Assembly: GCA_965238075.1 (NCBI GenBank)
Contig: OZ250173.1
Span: forward strand, 800,001 to 864,000
Length of the DNA: 64,000 nt
Reading direction: 5' to 3'
Source of the DNA: Candidatus Entotheonellaceae bacterium
GTDB lineage: Bacteria; Tectomicrobia; Entotheonellia; Entotheonellales; Entotheonellaceae
Shown here piece by piece: positions 62,342-64,000 of this stretch (its first letter is position 1; each line of letters starts with the position of its first letter). The position numbers and the translations under genes are program-made. The notes under the pieces are model-generated. The model did not search any database. It was not told where the DNA came from and saw only the letters and a program-made list of their open reading frames with translations.

Positions 62342-62501
62342 GGTGCTGGCGCGATTGCCGCGCGTGCGGGAACGCATCGGCGGCCGCGACGGTGGCCAGC
62401 CGGGTGCTGGGGCGATTGCCGCGCGTGCGGGAACGCATCGGCGGCCGCGACGGTGGGCCAGCCGGGTGCTGGGGCGATTGCCGCGCGTGCGGGAACGCAT
62501 C
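62342..62501 (+). repeat. Tandem repeat with 61-bp and 62-bp units inside the R-M gene
   Basis: 37-bp GGTGCTGG(C/G)GCGATTGCCGCGCGTGCGGGAACGCATC three times (62342, 62403, 62465), separated by near-identical 24/25-bp linkers. Confidence 0.95.
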
Positions 62502-62851
62502 ACCACCGTTCGCGCATATCGGCAGGCAAGCAAACGCAAGTCCACACTGAAGCTAGCCGATACGCCCACGCTCTGGCAGGTGAACGTGGTTCCTACCGCG
62601 CCGTTCCTGGTTATTCCCGAAGTTAGTTCCGAGCGGCGGGATTACGTGCCCATCGGCTGGCTGGAGCCGCCGACGATTCCAAGCAACCTCGTGCGCGTTC
62701 TGGAGAACGCCACGCTGGCGGATTTTGCGCTGCTGGCTTCAGCCCTGCACATGGCCTGGCTGCGCCACGTCGGCGGACGGTTGAAGAGCGACTACCGCTA
62801 CTCCATCAGCCTCGTCTACAACACTTTTCCAACGCCGCCGGAAAGCGCTGA

Positions 62852-62876
62852 CCCCGTATCAAGTACGGGGCAGGCT
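62852..62876. repeat. Short hairpin element inserted in the R-M gene
   Basis: CCCCGTA-TCAAG-TACGGGG-CAGGCT. Confidence 0.65.
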
Positions 62877-63253
62877 CTATCGAAGCTCCCCTCGCGCAAG
62901 CCGTGCTCGACGCCCGCGCCGCCCATCCGGGCGCAACGCTCGCCGAACTCTACGACCCCGACCTCATGCCGCCCAATATGCGCCGGGCGCACCAAGCCCT
63001 CGACCGCGCCGTGGACCGCCTCTATCGGCCCGGCGGCTTCGCCTCGGAACGCGAGCGTGTCGAGCATCTGTTCATGTTCTACGAGAAGATGCGGGCACCA
63101 CTGGAAGCGGCGAGGCAGGTGAAACCGAGACGGCGGCAGGCGAGGCGTAGTGGTATCTGAGAGGCGGACGTTCGGAATCTCGTCCACCTTATGGCGGTTT
63201 GCGTTTGCGTGTCTGGCCTATCTTATCGTGAGCCTGAAGCATGAAAATGGGAC

Positions 63254-63333
63254 CGTCACCCCGGCGGAAGCCGGGGTCCAGGGGTTCTCGGACGCCCTAA
63301 GGTCACTGGATTCCGGCGTGCGCCGGAATGACG
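63254..63333. repeat. Inverted pair of CGTC-type REPs (family C)
   Basis: CGTCACCCCGGCGGAAGCCGGGGTCCAG ... CTGGATTCCGGCGTGCGCCGGAATGACG. Confidence 0.85.
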
Positions 63334-63466
63334 GCTTCGGGGGCTTTGGCCATCACGCCGGCGGCTATTTTCACGGCAAGACATCGGATGATCAGGACTG
63401 GTTTTGCCCATCGCGACGATCCCATATCGTCATACGAAAACCGCCCCAAGGCCAAATGGCAAGCAT

Positions 63467-64000
63467 TTATGGGTCCTGGGTCTGCACCTGACAGTAGTTG
63501 GCCGGCAAATTCCGGGGGTGATATTTGTTTTCCGGCCCGGCCATGCGCTCAAACACGCTTTCATGAATCCAGGCATGCTTAGGAATCTTGCGGGTTCTCT
63601 GACCCCGAAACTTCCAGAAACCCGTGAACGACCCGTGGAGTTTGTCGTGCGGGTCAGGCTGATAGCCCGCCAGCTTCTCCCTGTTGATCCGCAGACCGCA
63701 GGCAACCGCTTTGCCGATCATCCAGCGCAAGGCGATGTTGGACAAGCCGCGCTCGTCATGCCAGCCGCCTACGTCCGAATGAGCCCCGGCAAACCACACC
63801 TGCTCGATCGTCTGCCCCGCCGCAACGTTGCGCTCGTCCCACCGGCAAGGCGCAAAATCGCGGCGTTTCTCGTCGATGGCGAGGGCGTGATAGCCGTACC
63901 GAACTTCGGGATTCAGCCGGGTGTCGTGAAAGCGTTTGCCGGCGTTCATCGCCAACGACTCCACGGTATCCCAAACGCCGATGAAGTGAACCGGGCAGGG
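63467..64000 (-). CDS. DUF2235 (Tle1-like alpha/beta hydrolase) protein, 5' part outside window
   Basis: FIGVWDTV, HALAIDEKR, QVWFAGAHSDVGG. Confidence 0.85.
   Translation of the reverse strand, partial: PCPVHFIGVWDTVESLAMNAGKRFHDTRLNPEVRYGYHALAIDEKRRDFAPCRWDERNVAAGQTIEQVWFAGAHSDVGGWHDERGLSNIALRWMIGKAVACGLRINREKLAGYQPDPHDKLHGSFTGFWKFRGQRTRKIPKHAWIHESVFERMAGPENKYHPRNLPANYCQVQTQDP

Larger units (their letters stand above)
60247..63160 (+). pseudogene. MmeI-like type IIL restriction-modification enzyme pseudogene
   Basis: MRLSWNE, FIDLFWPG..EQKS, DPACGCGNF, GNPPFVG, GRLKSDYRYS, LYDPDLMP; TAG at 60334 and frameshifts near 60780 and 62889. Confidence 0.88.

Noticed and set aside
62342..62501. 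CRISPR array (37-bp repeat x3 with 24/25-bp spacers)
   Set aside because: The spacers are near-identical, the repeat is coding sequence of the host gene, and there are no cas genes or leader.
63467..64000. Type VI secretion effector locus
   Set aside because: DUF2235 occurs widely without T6SS, no vgrG/PAAR/immunity gene is visible, and the gene is cut by the window edge.

Overview
GC-rich bacterial chromosomal segment. Gene content and synteny resemble Deltaproteobacteria/Nitrospinae/Ca. Tectomicrobia; this taxonomy is inference only. Most of the window is housekeeping: a dpp-type ABC transporter lacking ATPase genes, a mycothione-reductase-like flavoprotein, a PAS kinase with two receiver proteins, yajC-secD-secF, ald, the dprA-topA-trmFO-xerC-hslVU-argB-argF-argG run, ppiD, scattered type IV pilus genes, mfd, aguBA, sat-cysC, a LonC-type protease, a PDT-PDH fusion, a thiolase-like/DUF35 pair, an aminotransferase and coaX. 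Decayed accessory patches are interspersed: BrnT/BrnA and IS3 remnants, a broken HigBA, an intact VapBC and an MmeI-like R-M pseudogene. At least five families of short palindromic/REP-like repeats are present. Some supply stop codons, and two sit in frame inside proteins (Mfd and the R-M gene). No rRNA, tRNA or CRISPR array was found. The best candidates for novelty are a ubiquitin-like protein with a GG-RR tail beside an apparently dead M3-type peptidase, the coding-sequence-invading repeats, the kinase's unrecognised N-terminal domain and the Mtr-like enzyme. All family calls come from motif recognition by eye, and no database search was run.
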